In this document: in pieces, positions 38,717 to 48,101 of the stretch
Layout of the letters: each line of letters begins with the position of its first letter
How positions within the stretch are numbered: the stretch's first letter is position 1
Source: a virus
Direction: 5' to 3' (one strand)
DNA: 64,000 nt
IMG/VR virus record: IMGVR_UViG_3300037427_000542
Coordinates: 19,601-83,600 of that record
Made by a program: the position numbers and the translations under genes
The notes under the pieces: generated by a model
Seen by the model: the letters and a program-made list of their open reading frames with translations, nothing else
Told to the model about the DNA's origin: nothing
Database searches by the model: none

Positions 38717-39566
38717 AGATAAACATATAGTATTTTCATATGGTAGGATGAATCCACCAACTGCTGGACATTCTAAGGTAGTGGACAAAGTTAAGTCTCA
38801 CGCAGATGCTATTGGCGCTAATCACGCAGTTATAGTTAGTCATTCTCAAAATCAAAAAGACAATCCATTACATCACGAACACAAAAAAGAATTTCTAAAA
38901 CATGTACACCCTGATGTAAACTTTGAACATTCTACAAAAGAACACCCACACTTCTTGGCACAGCTTAAAAAGTTTCATCAAGAAGGACATACACACGCAA
39001 CAATGGTTGTTGGTAGTGATAGAGTAAAACAATTTAAAGCGTTGGCACATAAGTACAACGGCAAAGAATACGATTATAAAAAGATACATATCTTATCTGC
39101 AGGACAGAGAGACCCTGATGCAGAAGGAGTCACTGGTATAAGTGGAACAAAGATGAGAAATCATGCTAGCAATAATGATTACAAATCTTTTAAGGCAGGA
39201 TTACATGCCAATCATAATGATGAACAAGCTAAGAAACTCTTTAAGGCAACGCGCCAAGGTATGAACTTACAAAAAGAGGAGAGAGGCATGAAGGATTTTG
39301 CTACATTTTTAACAGAAGACATGGAAGGCATGTCTCAAAAGTCTGGAGATAAAAGAAGTACAGAGAGTGGTGCAGGCATGACAGCCAAAGGTGTCGCTAA
39401 ATACAACAGACGAACAGGTGGTAATCTAAAAACAGCAGTAACTACACCACCAAGCAAACTTAAAAAAGGCAGTAAAGCAGCAGGAAGGCGTAAGTCTTTT
39501 TGTGCCAGGTCCAAAGGTTGGACAGGCGAGAGAGGCAAAGCTGCTAGAAGGAGATGGAATTGCTAA
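38700..39566 (+). CDS. His-rich HxGH-superfamily nucleotidyltransferase with a basic C-terminal module
   Basis: GRMNPPTAGH, NPL, VVGSDR, ISGTKMR; internal SD+ATG at 39288 (MKDFATFLTE) leading to RRKSFCAR...WNC. Confidence 0.78.
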   Translation: MTTENKDKHIVFSYGRMNPPTAGHSKVVDKVKSHADAIGANHAVIVSHSQNQKDNPLHHEHKKEFLKHVHPDVNFEHSTKEHPHFLAQLKKFHQEGHTHATMVVGSDRVKQFKALAHKYNGKEYDYKKIHILSAGQRDPDAEGVTGISGTKMRNHASNNDYKSFKAGLHANHNDEQAKKLFKATRQGMNLQKEERGMKDFATFLTEDMEGMSQKSGDKRSTESGAGMTAKGVAKYNRRTGGNLKTAVTTPPSKLKKGSKAAGRRKSFCARSKGWTGERGKAARRRWNC

Positions 39567-39868
39567 TACTTACTAGACTAGCTATAGCATGTGTAACAGC
39601 AGTATTTGGAAACGCTTTTAGTAAATGGTTTCTTAATACAAAAGTAGGCGCATGGTTTCAACTTAAAATAAACAAACTAATGTCATTCTTAGCAGATAGA
39701 TATAACATAGAGGTTGCTAAGAAAGAAGCTAAATGGAGATCAGATTATCCTATGTTAGCTGAAAGAATAGATTTATTAGAAGATAAGGCACATTACAAAT
39801 GTGGACTTTCAGACTTTGACGGCTTTGAACAGATCGATGAAAGAATTAGGAAGTTAGAGAAGAAATGA
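39554..39868 (+). CDS. Hypothetical protein with N-terminal hydrophobic segment
   Basis: AGGAG SD. Confidence 0.65.
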   Translation: MELLILTRLAIACVTAVFGNAFSKWFLNTKVGAWFQLKINKLMSFLADRYNIEVAKKEAKWRSDYPMLAERIDLLEDKAHYKCGLSDFDGFEQIDERIRKLEKK

Positions 39869-40233
39869 GTAAGATATTAATAGGAATTATTGTAGCCATG
39901 TGCTTAGGCTTTGGTGGCTACTACTGGATGACAGAAAAGCGTCTTACAGTTCTAACTGAGAACAACGCTAAACTATCAATAGCAAATCAAACAAATCAAC
40001 AAACAATAGACAAACTTTCACAGGATTATGAGGAACAACAAGTACTTAATAAAGAGTTAGGTATAAAGTTAAAAGCCTCAGAAGCTTATGGAGATAACTT
40101 AGCTAAAAAACTAAGGGAACATGATTTAACAATGCTAACCCTAAAGAAACCAGGGTTAATTGAACGGAGGGTGAATAGTGCCACAGATAAGATTCTTAAA
40201 GATCTCGAGTCTAGTACTGCTACTGTTAATTAG
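39865..40233 (+). CDS. Putative i-spanin (Rz-like)
   Basis: N-terminal TM plus coiled coil; overlaps a lipoprotein gene. Confidence 0.6.
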   Translation: MSKILIGIIVAMCLGFGGYYWMTEKRLTVLTENNAKLSIANQTNQQTIDKLSQDYEEQQVLNKELGIKLKASEAYGDNLAKKLREHDLTMLTLKKPGLIERRVNSATDKILKDLESSTATVN

Positions 40234-40576
40234 TAGTGGTTGTAGTCTTATACCTGCACAGGTAGAAGTACAAACTAAATTCGTAGAGAAACAAATACCA
40301 ATACAAGGACATCCTAAGGGTGTAACTATGTATCCTATGCAGTTTTATGCTGTAACAAGCGAGAACTACGAGGAGTTCAAAGAGAAATTTGAGAAAGAAA
40401 ATGCAGATTTAGTATATTTTGCATTGAGTGTTCCGGATTATGAGAACTTATCTTTAAATATAGGTGAACTAAAACGCTACATAGAACAACAAAAGACAAT
40501 CATTATATATTACGAACAATCCATAACAGGAATTAAGGCAGAAATAGTTTTGGAAGACGACAAAGCCAAAGACTAA
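40178..40576 (+). CDS. Putative o-spanin lipoprotein (Rz1-like)
   Basis: Lipobox LLISSG-C; GGAGG SD + GTG; overlaps the upstream TM/coiled-coil gene. Confidence 0.6.
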   Translation: MPQIRFLKISSLVLLLLISSGCSLIPAQVEVQTKFVEKQIPIQGHPKGVTMYPMQFYAVTSENYEEFKEKFEKENADLVYFALSVPDYENLSLNIGELKRYIEQQKTIIIYYEQSITGIKAEIVLEDDKAKD

Positions 40577-40581
40577 TCTTG

Positions 40582-40589
40582 TATAAATA
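40582..40589 (+). promoter_or_regulatory. T4-type late promoter, leaderless arrangement
   Basis: TATAAATA-agagt-ATG. Confidence 0.8.
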
Positions 40590-40594
40590 AGAGT

Positions 40595-41977
40595 ATGAAG
40601 ACTTTTACAACATTCATGGAAGACTTAGCTTCAGGTAGACCAATGAAGAAACCTGTATCTAGTAATTTGTTACAACAAAGAGCTAAAGAAAATACTAAAG
40701 CTCTAAAGTCAGGTTTTATGAAGTTAACAAAACAAGAAAGAGATAAAGAAGCTCGAAGAATGTCAGAAGAGAAAAAGAATTGTGGGTGTGGCCAAGATCC
40801 TTGTATCACATATGGCAAAAAACAAATGAAAGAAGAAGACGGTTCGTATTATGGTAAACCATCACCAAGACTTAAAAAGAAAGTAAAAGGTGCCAAAGAA
40901 GTCGTTAATAATCCTTATTCTAAAGACGATGGTAAAACTGTTGTTGCAAAGCAGAAAAAATATCAGCCACAGCTGTCAAAAAGCAAACAAGGTATAAATA
41001 ATGTACTGAAGTTTTTAAAGAAAAATCCGGATTATAAGATTGGAGCCCATAGCCTAAAGAAAAAATCTAAAAGACTAGGTGAAGCTACAGCATCAGAAGT
41101 ATTAAAGAAAAGATATGCTTCCGATCATCCAGATGATAATCCACATAATCAGAAAAGAATTAAAGATCACCTTCCTGGTATGAAAACTTATAAATTGCAC
41201 CCAGGTGCTAAAGCAACTGATGGTGGTGAATGGTCTAAGAAAGGCAAAATGAAAGCTTTAAAGAAACAAATTAAAAGACGCCCTGAACAATATGGAGTAA
41301 CAGAATCAGCCAGAGATAATTACGATCCTGTAATTTCAGATAAAAGAACAAAAGAAAAACTTAAGAAGGCAGGGTTACCACCGGAGTCTCCTAAAGTAAT
41401 GGAAGCTAAGAAACCTGTAGTACACAGCACAAAGCCAGACAGTCTTAAAACAATTAAGATTAAATATAACAAACCTATTAGAACTAAAGTAACAGACATT
41501 GGAGCTGGCGGAAAAGAGTATGTCAGAAAAGATTGGTCTGAAGAAACATTTAAACCTCATGATATGTGGAGTCCTAAAGGCGAGAAGAAATTTGCTAAAA
41601 CAGAAAAAGAACATTTAGCATTAAAAGACAAAGGCTGGGGACATAATAATCCTAACAAATCAGAAGAAAAGAAAAAAGGATTAGACGGCAAAGCATGTTG
41701 GGACGGTTATAAGCAAATGGGCACCAAGAAAAAAGGTGGCAAAACTGTAGATAATTGTGTTAAGATGAAAGAAGAACAAATTCAAATAGTAACTAACTTA
41801 GATTTTAATGAAAGTATTGGTAACTTGGTAAGACGTGGGTTAGGTAAAGTTAGATCAGCTATTAAAGATTCAGAAAAGAGAACAGGCTTATCCGTAGACG
41901 CAAGTAAAAACAATACAAACAATCCAGTATCTGGCAAGAACATTGCTAAAAGACTGGCATCGCAAAAAAAAAGGTAG
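40595..41977 (+). CDS. Lys-rich modular putative internal head protein (part 1)
   Basis: N-terminus MKTFTTFME; CWDGYKQMG...NCVK module; repeated hydrophobic-x-E sites. Confidence 0.7.
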   Translation: MKTFTTFMEDLASGRPMKKPVSSNLLQQRAKENTKALKSGFMKLTKQERDKEARRMSEEKKNCGCGQDPCITYGKKQMKEEDGSYYGKPSPRLKKKVKGAKEVVNNPYSKDDGKTVVAKQKKYQPQLSKSKQGINNVLKFLKKNPDYKIGAHSLKKKSKRLGEATASEVLKKRYASDHPDDNPHNQKRIKDHLPGMKTYKLHPGAKATDGGEWSKKGKMKALKKQIKRRPEQYGVTESARDNYDPVISDKRTKEKLKKAGLPPESPKVMEAKKPVVHSTKPDSLKTIKIKYNKPIRTKVTDIGAGGKEYVRKDWSEETFKPHDMWSPKGEKKFAKTEKEHLALKDKGWGHNNPNKSEEKKKGLDGKACWDGYKQMGTKKKGGKTVDNCVKMKEEQIQIVTNLDFNESIGNLVRRGLGKVRSAIKDSEKRTGLSVDASKNNTNNPVSGKNIAKRLASQKKR

Positions 41978-42060
41978 CAATACCTAACTCCGCTAAGAAA
42001 GACTTAGACAAACAATCCAAATCCAGAGATAAAAATTGGTGGAAACACCAAGACAAATCT

Positions 42061-43281
42061 ATGTCTGAGGCAAGCACAAACAAATTTAGTCTAAAGGGAA
42101 CAGAGGACGGGCCTTTAAGTTCTATGCCAAAAGGTACTAAGCCTATAGGAAGTCGAACTAAAAAGAACAAAGTATATGAAGATGCTCGATATGATCCTAC
42201 ACCAGGTGGTATGGAATGGGGCACACCTCAAGGCACAGATTATTTTAAATCCTTAACACCAGGCGAAGGTAAGGAAAGAGAAAAACCTTTAAAGCCTTTA
42301 AACATTAAAGCAAGAAAACCTGAAGACGAGAAGGGTGTTAAAGTTACAGAAGGCTATTGGCAAGATAGAAATGCCAAACAAAAAGAAACATTAGCTAAAC
42401 ATGATAAAGCAATGATAGACTCAGCAAAGAAGTCTATTAAGAAGTATGATGTTGCTAAAAAGATAAAAGAAAATTTAGATCTATCTCATATAGAAGATAA
42501 ACAGGCAGACCATAGTAAACATCAATACCCTATTAACAATGAAGTAGAGACACACGACACAGGTGATAAGGGACATTGGCTAACAGGTAAAGATGGTGAT
42601 TGGTATATAGAACAAGATGATATTACAGAGTTAGATAAAGAGGCAGAAAACTTTTCATTTAAGGATGCTGTAGATCTAGGACTATATGACGATGATGAAC
42701 TAACTTATGATGACTACGATAATACACCAGGTTTTGATAATGAGACAGAAATTACTGAGGCACTATCAGTACAGGGTCGTTTAAAAAGACGATTTAATGC
42801 ACGAAGAAACAAACAAAAATTAAAAGTAGCTAGGCGTATAGCATTACGAAGAGGATCTACTCCAGACAGACTTAAGAAGAGAGCAACCAGGGGTGCAAGG
42901 CTCATGGTTTACAAACGACTTCTCAGGGGTAGAGATAGAGCAGGATTACCACCAGCAGAGAAGGCTCGTTTAGAGAGAATGATTACTAGATTCCAACCAC
43001 TAGTAAGTCGTATATCTGTTAAACTATTACCTCAGATGAGACAGAATGAAATTAAAAGACTTACATCAAGAGGTAAGTTAAAAGCCAAAACTAGTAAGAA
43101 ATTTAAAGCAGCTAAACCAGTGAAGAGCGCTTCACAGAAAAGAGCTAAGAAGTTTAAAATAAAGGTTAACAAATATAAAGCACCTAAGAAGAAAGCAGTT
43201 AAAGCTAAATATGCTTCAGGTGGACCTACACTTAAGAAAGCAAGTAAAGCCTATAAAGCCTTTTCATATTCCATAGGTTAA
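42061..43281 (+). CDS. Lys/Arg-rich putative internal head protein (part 2; possibly fused to part 1 by frameshift)
   Basis: Frame open from 41950; no SD at 42061; ITEALS..R.KR...RR segment resembles T4-like prohead core proteins. Confidence 0.65.
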   Translation: MSEASTNKFSLKGTEDGPLSSMPKGTKPIGSRTKKNKVYEDARYDPTPGGMEWGTPQGTDYFKSLTPGEGKEREKPLKPLNIKARKPEDEKGVKVTEGYWQDRNAKQKETLAKHDKAMIDSAKKSIKKYDVAKKIKENLDLSHIEDKQADHSKHQYPINNEVETHDTGDKGHWLTGKDGDWYIEQDDITELDKEAENFSFKDAVDLGLYDDDELTYDDYDNTPGFDNETEITEALSVQGRLKRRFNARRNKQKLKVARRIALRRGSTPDRLKKRATRGARLMVYKRLLRGRDRAGLPPAEKARLERMITRFQPLVSRISVKLLPQMRQNEIKRLTSRGKLKAKTSKKFKAAKPVKSASQKRAKKFKIKVNKYKAPKKKAVKAKYASGGPTLKKASKAYKAFSYSIG

Positions 43282-43288
43282 TCCAACA

Positions 43289-43296
43289 TATAAATA
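43289..43296 (+). promoter_or_regulatory. T4-type late promoter, leaderless arrangement
   Basis: TATAAATA-cctgt-ATG. Confidence 0.8.
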
Positions 43297-43301
43297 CCTG
43301 T

Positions 43302-44873
43302 ATGAACCACGGTATTATAATGGGTGGTGTGGTTGACTATTATTATGATTCAATCAAACGAGCACCCGGCGCACATAAAATTGCTACACATCTTAGACGA
43401 GAAGGATGGGACGTCGAGGTATTAGATTTTGTTCAATCATGGACATTAGAAGAACTGCAAGAGTTCACAAGACAAAGAGTACATTCAGGTACAAAGTTCC
43501 TCGGCCTTAGTGCTACATTTTCCATTAGATTTAAAATACTATTTGAATTCGCCAGATGGTTTAAGAAAGAATATCCAGACATTCTAATCATAGGAGGCTC
43601 GCAGGCATTCCATAATTGTGAGGGACTGCCTTTAGATTATATGGTACATGGCTACGGAGAACTGGCTATGAGTGCTATTCTTAGAGGAGATGTTAAGTAT
43701 CAGACACATAAATGGCTTAATGGACACAAATTTAGGCGCGTAGACGCTACACATGACTATATGGCAGCGCGTATGAAAGACCTAAGTACATATTACGAGG
43801 AAAGGGACTATATAGAGCCACAGGAGGTCCTTACAGTAGAGTTTGGTCGTGGGTGTATATTTAATTGCCACTTTTGTACCCTCACTTACAGGAACATTAA
43901 GGACGATCACAGCAGGGCTGAGGACAACTTATATAAGGAAATGTTGGAGAACTATAATAAATGGGGCACAACAAACTATTCTATATCAGACGAGACAGTA
44001 AATGATTATACAGAAAAGATAGAAAGATTTGCTGGTGCTATTAGAAAGTTACCTTTCAAACCTAATATGGCAGGTTATATTCGTGGAGACTTATTAGTAC
44101 ATAAACAAAAAGACTGGCAAGCAATCGAGGATATAGGACTCAATACACAATTCTATGGTATAGAATCTTTTCATACACCTTCAGCAAAGTCTGTAGGTAA
44201 AGGTATGCAGTCAGGTAAACTACAAGATGGTTTACTAGAATATAAAGATCACATGAGAAGTAAAGGACACTTTCAGGCACATTTAAGTTTAATAGCAGGC
44301 CTCCCACATGAAACATTAGATACATTAAGAACTACAAAGAAATGGATAGTAGAAAATTGGGTGGGACAATCATCACAAATAATGCCTTTATGGATTCCAG
44401 ATCAACATAGGATATATGAGGAACAGAGTAGATTTGCAATGAACCCAGGCAAATATGGCTATACAAAAACAACAATGGAAGAAACTAGTAATGGATTCTG
44501 GGAAGACGCTCCTCATAAAAGATTTGGAAACTTGTATAGAGGCATAAAGTTTAGAGAGGAAAAACAAGAAGGCAAAGTAATATACAATACAGAAGAGAGT
44601 ACATTCCAAGAAGAAATGTCTTTTATGAACTGGAAAAATGATACAACTAATTTATATCAGATACTTAATTTCTTAGAACATGAGTGGTATGTTGGTGATG
44701 AACAGTTATTCAAAGAACCTCCCTTACCCTTCTCATATCATAATTGGCTAATAGATCCTAATTATAAGTGGGAGGATATGTCTAAGCCTAAAGGAGAATT
44801 AAAAGTCCCTCAGGAATTAGCTAAAAACTTTATAGAAAATTATAAAAGGAAAAAGTTAGGATTAACTTCCTGA
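43302..44873 (+). CDS. Radical SAM protein with N-terminal B12-binding-like domain
   Basis: GAHKIATHLR..GWDVEVLD and IIGG; RGCIFNCHFC; DETVN; GIESF; IAGLPHET. Confidence 0.85.
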   Translation: MNHGIIMGGVVDYYYDSIKRAPGAHKIATHLRREGWDVEVLDFVQSWTLEELQEFTRQRVHSGTKFLGLSATFSIRFKILFEFARWFKKEYPDILIIGGSQAFHNCEGLPLDYMVHGYGELAMSAILRGDVKYQTHKWLNGHKFRRVDATHDYMAARMKDLSTYYEERDYIEPQEVLTVEFGRGCIFNCHFCTLTYRNIKDDHSRAEDNLYKEMLENYNKWGTTNYSISDETVNDYTEKIERFAGAIRKLPFKPNMAGYIRGDLLVHKQKDWQAIEDIGLNTQFYGIESFHTPSAKSVGKGMQSGKLQDGLLEYKDHMRSKGHFQAHLSLIAGLPHETLDTLRTTKKWIVENWVGQSSQIMPLWIPDQHRIYEEQSRFAMNPGKYGYTKTTMEETSNGFWEDAPHKRFGNLYRGIKFREEKQEGKVIYNTEESTFQEEMSFMNWKNDTTNLYQILNFLEHEWYVGDEQLFKEPPLPFSYHNWLIDPNYKWEDMSKPKGELKVPQELAKNFIENYKRKKLGLTS

Positions 44874-44877
44874 TTTG

Positions 44878-44885
44878 TATAAATA
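44878..44885 (+). promoter_or_regulatory. T4-type late promoter
   Basis: Exact TATAAATA, intergenic. Confidence 0.75.
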
Positions 44886-44911
44886 CCGGTATAAACTTAA
44901 AGAAGTGTAAT

Positions 44912-46657
44912 ATGGCATACGACAGAAAAAGACTAGACACTCTAATTAGGCAAGGCATGATGCCCGCCAAATCATTACCTATTTTACATAGGGCTTTAGA
45001 CAAACTAAAAAGCGGTGTTAATTTAACACCATATGAGAGAGAAGGTATTTCTAAGTTAATGGATAAAGTAATGGGTTTCCAATTTGGAGATGATATTACA
45101 TATAACCGTGCTAGATTACATACACAAAGAACAAGATATCAAACCGAGGAGAAGACAGTGGCAAAAGAAAAAGAAGGCGACATTATCATACATGACGGCT
45201 CAGAAGATGAGGCAGATGTATCAAGAGATAAGAAAGTTAAGAAAAATGCTAAGTCTAAACTTCTCAAAACTAACAAAGGAGATGGTATGAAACCTGAAGA
45301 AGAAATAAAAGAGGCTTCAGCTAGTAGACCCGCAGATAAAGAAATTGGGGATAAAGAATCTCCTAAGCAAGGGTCTTCTGTTAAGCCAGAAATAACGGAC
45401 GGACCTAAACAAGATTCTAAACCTTCGATTAAGGAAGGCTTAATATCTGATTTAGATTCAGAAGGAATGAGAACAAGAGCTAGTAGACTAGGTAAGAGAA
45501 AAGGTAGAGTTTCTAAAGAGAAATTAGCCAAAGAACTTCCAGCAGCTCTTAGAAAAGAAAAACAAAAAGCAGGATTGTCAGAAGACATGGCTAAGTTCAA
45601 TGAACTTTACAAAGAAAATCTAGAAAGAGCATTAGCTAATAACAATGTAGATAATGTTAGAGATATTCCTCTTAAAATTAAATCAGATCTTTTCAAACAT
45701 GTAGAAGAAGCTACATACTCAGACAAACAAATTAAAATGGCTAAGGGTATAGCATTTGATCCTAGACATAAAGGCGGAGATTACTCAGGCGCTGCTAAAA
45801 AGGCAGAGAAAATTAAGAAAGGCCTATCAGATCATCCAGCAGTTTCAAACGCACTTAGACGAGCTAATGAAGAACTAGAACTAGGGTTAGATGAGGGAGC
45901 ATTAAAAAACTTTGCCATGGACCATGGCTATGATTTTAAAAATCCACCAAAAAATCCAGATTCATGGTTAGCTAAGAAAGCAATTAAACATGGAATTGGA
46001 CCTAAGAAAAAACCAGCAGCTAAGCCTGTTAAAGAATCTAAAATGGCTACTAAAGACCATGACGGAGACGGCAAAATAGAATCTGGTAAAGATGAATATT
46101 TTGGTTCTAAAGACAAAGCTATTAAGAAAGCTCTTAAGAAAGTGCCTGCTCTCAAGAAAGAAGAAACAGAAGTTAAGAAAACACCTAACCAAGCAGTTAG
46201 AGATGTTCATAGAACTGTAGCTGATGTACTTGCCGGCAGAACAATAGAAATTTCAGACGAACCATTAGTAGTAGATCCTAATGTAGAAATGCAAGCAGAA
46301 CTAGATAGAACTGTTAATGTACAAGAAGGCGCCAGAGAAGACGCAATGAGAGACATTAAGAGAGATAAAGGCCATGGATTGGCTCCTATTAAAAAGGACC
46401 CTAAACCAGGTAAGTCAAAGCATGACGGTTCAGAGAATAAAGGCCCAGACCATATAGTAGCTCAATTAAGAAAAGCTGTTAGTTTAGGCGACAAACATGA
46501 TGGTGTTAAATTCCAAGATGGAAAAACACATAAAGTCAGTGCAGCACATGCTCATAAATTTTTAAATAAATATATGAGAGGTAAGCCAGCAGACAAAGAG
46601 AAAATGCAGTCTCATGGACATGCGTCTCACGATAACTTTAAAAAACACATAGATTAA
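44912..46657 (+). CDS. Charged modular putative internal head protein
   Basis: DHDGDGKIESGKDEYFGSKDKAIKKA module; many I/L/V-x-E sites; His-rich C-terminus. Confidence 0.65.
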   Translation: MAYDRKRLDTLIRQGMMPAKSLPILHRALDKLKSGVNLTPYEREGISKLMDKVMGFQFGDDITYNRARLHTQRTRYQTEEKTVAKEKEGDIIIHDGSEDEADVSRDKKVKKNAKSKLLKTNKGDGMKPEEEIKEASASRPADKEIGDKESPKQGSSVKPEITDGPKQDSKPSIKEGLISDLDSEGMRTRASRLGKRKGRVSKEKLAKELPAALRKEKQKAGLSEDMAKFNELYKENLERALANNNVDNVRDIPLKIKSDLFKHVEEATYSDKQIKMAKGIAFDPRHKGGDYSGAAKKAEKIKKGLSDHPAVSNALRRANEELELGLDEGALKNFAMDHGYDFKNPPKNPDSWLAKKAIKHGIGPKKKPAAKPVKESKMATKDHDGDGKIESGKDEYFGSKDKAIKKALKKVPALKKEETEVKKTPNQAVRDVHRTVADVLAGRTIEISDEPLVVDPNVEMQAELDRTVNVQEGAREDAMRDIKRDKGHGLAPIKKDPKPGKSKHDGSENKGPDHIVAQLRKAVSLGDKHDGVKFQDGKTHKVSAAHAHKFLNKYMRGKPADKEKMQSHGHASHDNFKKHID

Positions 46658-46669
46658 TAGGAGAAAAAT

Positions 46670-47254
46670 ATGTCAAATTGGGGAGCAACTGACGCGGACG
46701 AAAGTAAGCCTAAGTATCTTACAACCGCTCAGAAAAAAGAAGTATATGCTAACGCCAGTGGTTGGGTAGTTGAAGCAGGTTCTACTATGACAGGAAATGG
46801 CCGTACAGGCGCTGATCCAGAAGTTCTAGTAGCCATGTCTTCTCTTACAACTAACCTAGGTGCAGCAGATATTACACAAATTGAATGGGTTACAACAGCA
46901 GCAGATAAGTCAGCAGGCTTTACGCTTTCAGCTATTGTAGGATTCAATGAAGAAGTAGATGTAACAGGAACACCACAACTATCAGTAACTAACGGCAACG
47001 AAGGTACTGGTTCAGGTCGTGGCCCACATGTACTTTCATACGCTAGTGGAACAGGTTCAAACGAACTTACATTCTCACTAGTTATAGCAGCAGCAAACGC
47101 AGCTACTAACGCAGACGATGTATTAAGCTTTGGAGCTAATCCACTTGCCTTAAACGGTGGCACAATTAAAGATAAAGGAACTTCAACAGTTTCTACTATC
47201 ACAAGTGTAGCTGGTATTGGTACAGCAGCTGGTACATTAACAGTCGTAGCGTAA
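46670..47254 (+). CDS. Putative virion structural protein (Ig-like, Ala/Gly/Thr-rich)
   Basis: WG..D..E.KPK start; FNEEVDVTGTP...YASGTGSNELTF. Confidence 0.7.
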   Translation: MSNWGATDADESKPKYLTTAQKKEVYANASGWVVEAGSTMTGNGRTGADPEVLVAMSSLTTNLGAADITQIEWVTTAADKSAGFTLSAIVGFNEEVDVTGTPQLSVTNGNEGTGSGRGPHVLSYASGTGSNELTFSLVIAAANAATNADDVLSFGANPLALNGGTIKDKGTSTVSTITSVAGIGTAAGTLTVVA

Positions 47255-47264
47255 GGAATAAGTA

Positions 47265-47711
47265 ATGGCAGATAGTAAACTTTCAGAGTTAACAGCAGCT
47301 ACAACAGCAGCTGCAACGGATACAACTTATTTGGTTCAGAGTTCAGTCTCTAAACAAATAACAGTAGCAAACTTGTTTGGGAATGTATCTACTCCTGTAC
47401 AGTTTACTAACTCCATTCAAATCGGAGATCATAATACAATAACAGCAGCTAGTGCAATTAACACAGCTTATAATGTTACATATATTAATGATCCTTCAGG
47501 CGGAGGTACTTGTTCTATAGGAGCAGGACTAGACGGCCAAATAGTAATTTTAATTATGTCTTCCAATAGTGGAGGCCACACAATCCAATTATCAGGAGCT
47601 AATGTGGTTAATACAATAAGTTTCGACGCAGCAGGCGAGAGTGCCACAATGTTGTATGATACAGGACTTAGTAAGTGGTTCTTCATTGGGGGAAGTGCAA
47701 CAGTGACTTAA
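47265..47711 (+). CDS. Putative virion structural protein
   Basis: MADSKLSELTA start; Thr/Gly/Ser-rich. Confidence 0.65.
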   Translation: MADSKLSELTAATTAAATDTTYLVQSSVSKQITVANLFGNVSTPVQFTNSIQIGDHNTITAASAINTAYNVTYINDPSGGGTCSIGAGLDGQIVILIMSSNSGGHTIQLSGANVVNTISFDAAGESATMLYDTGLSKWFFIGGSATVT

Positions 47712-47714
47712 ACT

Positions 47715-48101
47715 ATGATTGAACTTAATGATGATAACTTTTTGATCTTTGCTATAAAAAACTACCAAAATCCTTCATGCACAGGGATGGCGGAGTTAGA
47801 AGATGATTTAAAAAGATTTAAATATTTAAAACGCTTGTTAAATAGATATGATAAAACAGGTGAGCCAAATGAAAGGCTAATTATAAATCATTTAATTCTT
47901 CTATACAATGTTTTTGGTAAGGGAACGACAGAGATGTTGTTTTATAAATTAGAAGAAAAATATTGGTCTAATTTAAAAACTTACTTGGTGTTCTTAAATA
48001 GAATGCCGTTAGAAGAAGTATATACGCAAGGTTTAAAATTAAATAAAGGTGTACATACACCAATGAATGAAGAACTAATTAAAGTATTAAGGAAAATTTA
48101 A
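47715..48101 (+). CDS. Conserved T4-like hypothetical protein
   Basis: FAIKNYQNP.C, DLKRFKYLKRL, LIINHLILLYNVFG. Confidence 0.8.
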   Translation: MIELNDDNFLIFAIKNYQNPSCTGMAELEDDLKRFKYLKRLLNRYDKTGEPNERLIINHLILLYNVFGKGTTEMLFYKLEEKYWSNLKTYLVFLNRMPLEEVYTQGLKLNKGVHTPMNEELIKVLRKI

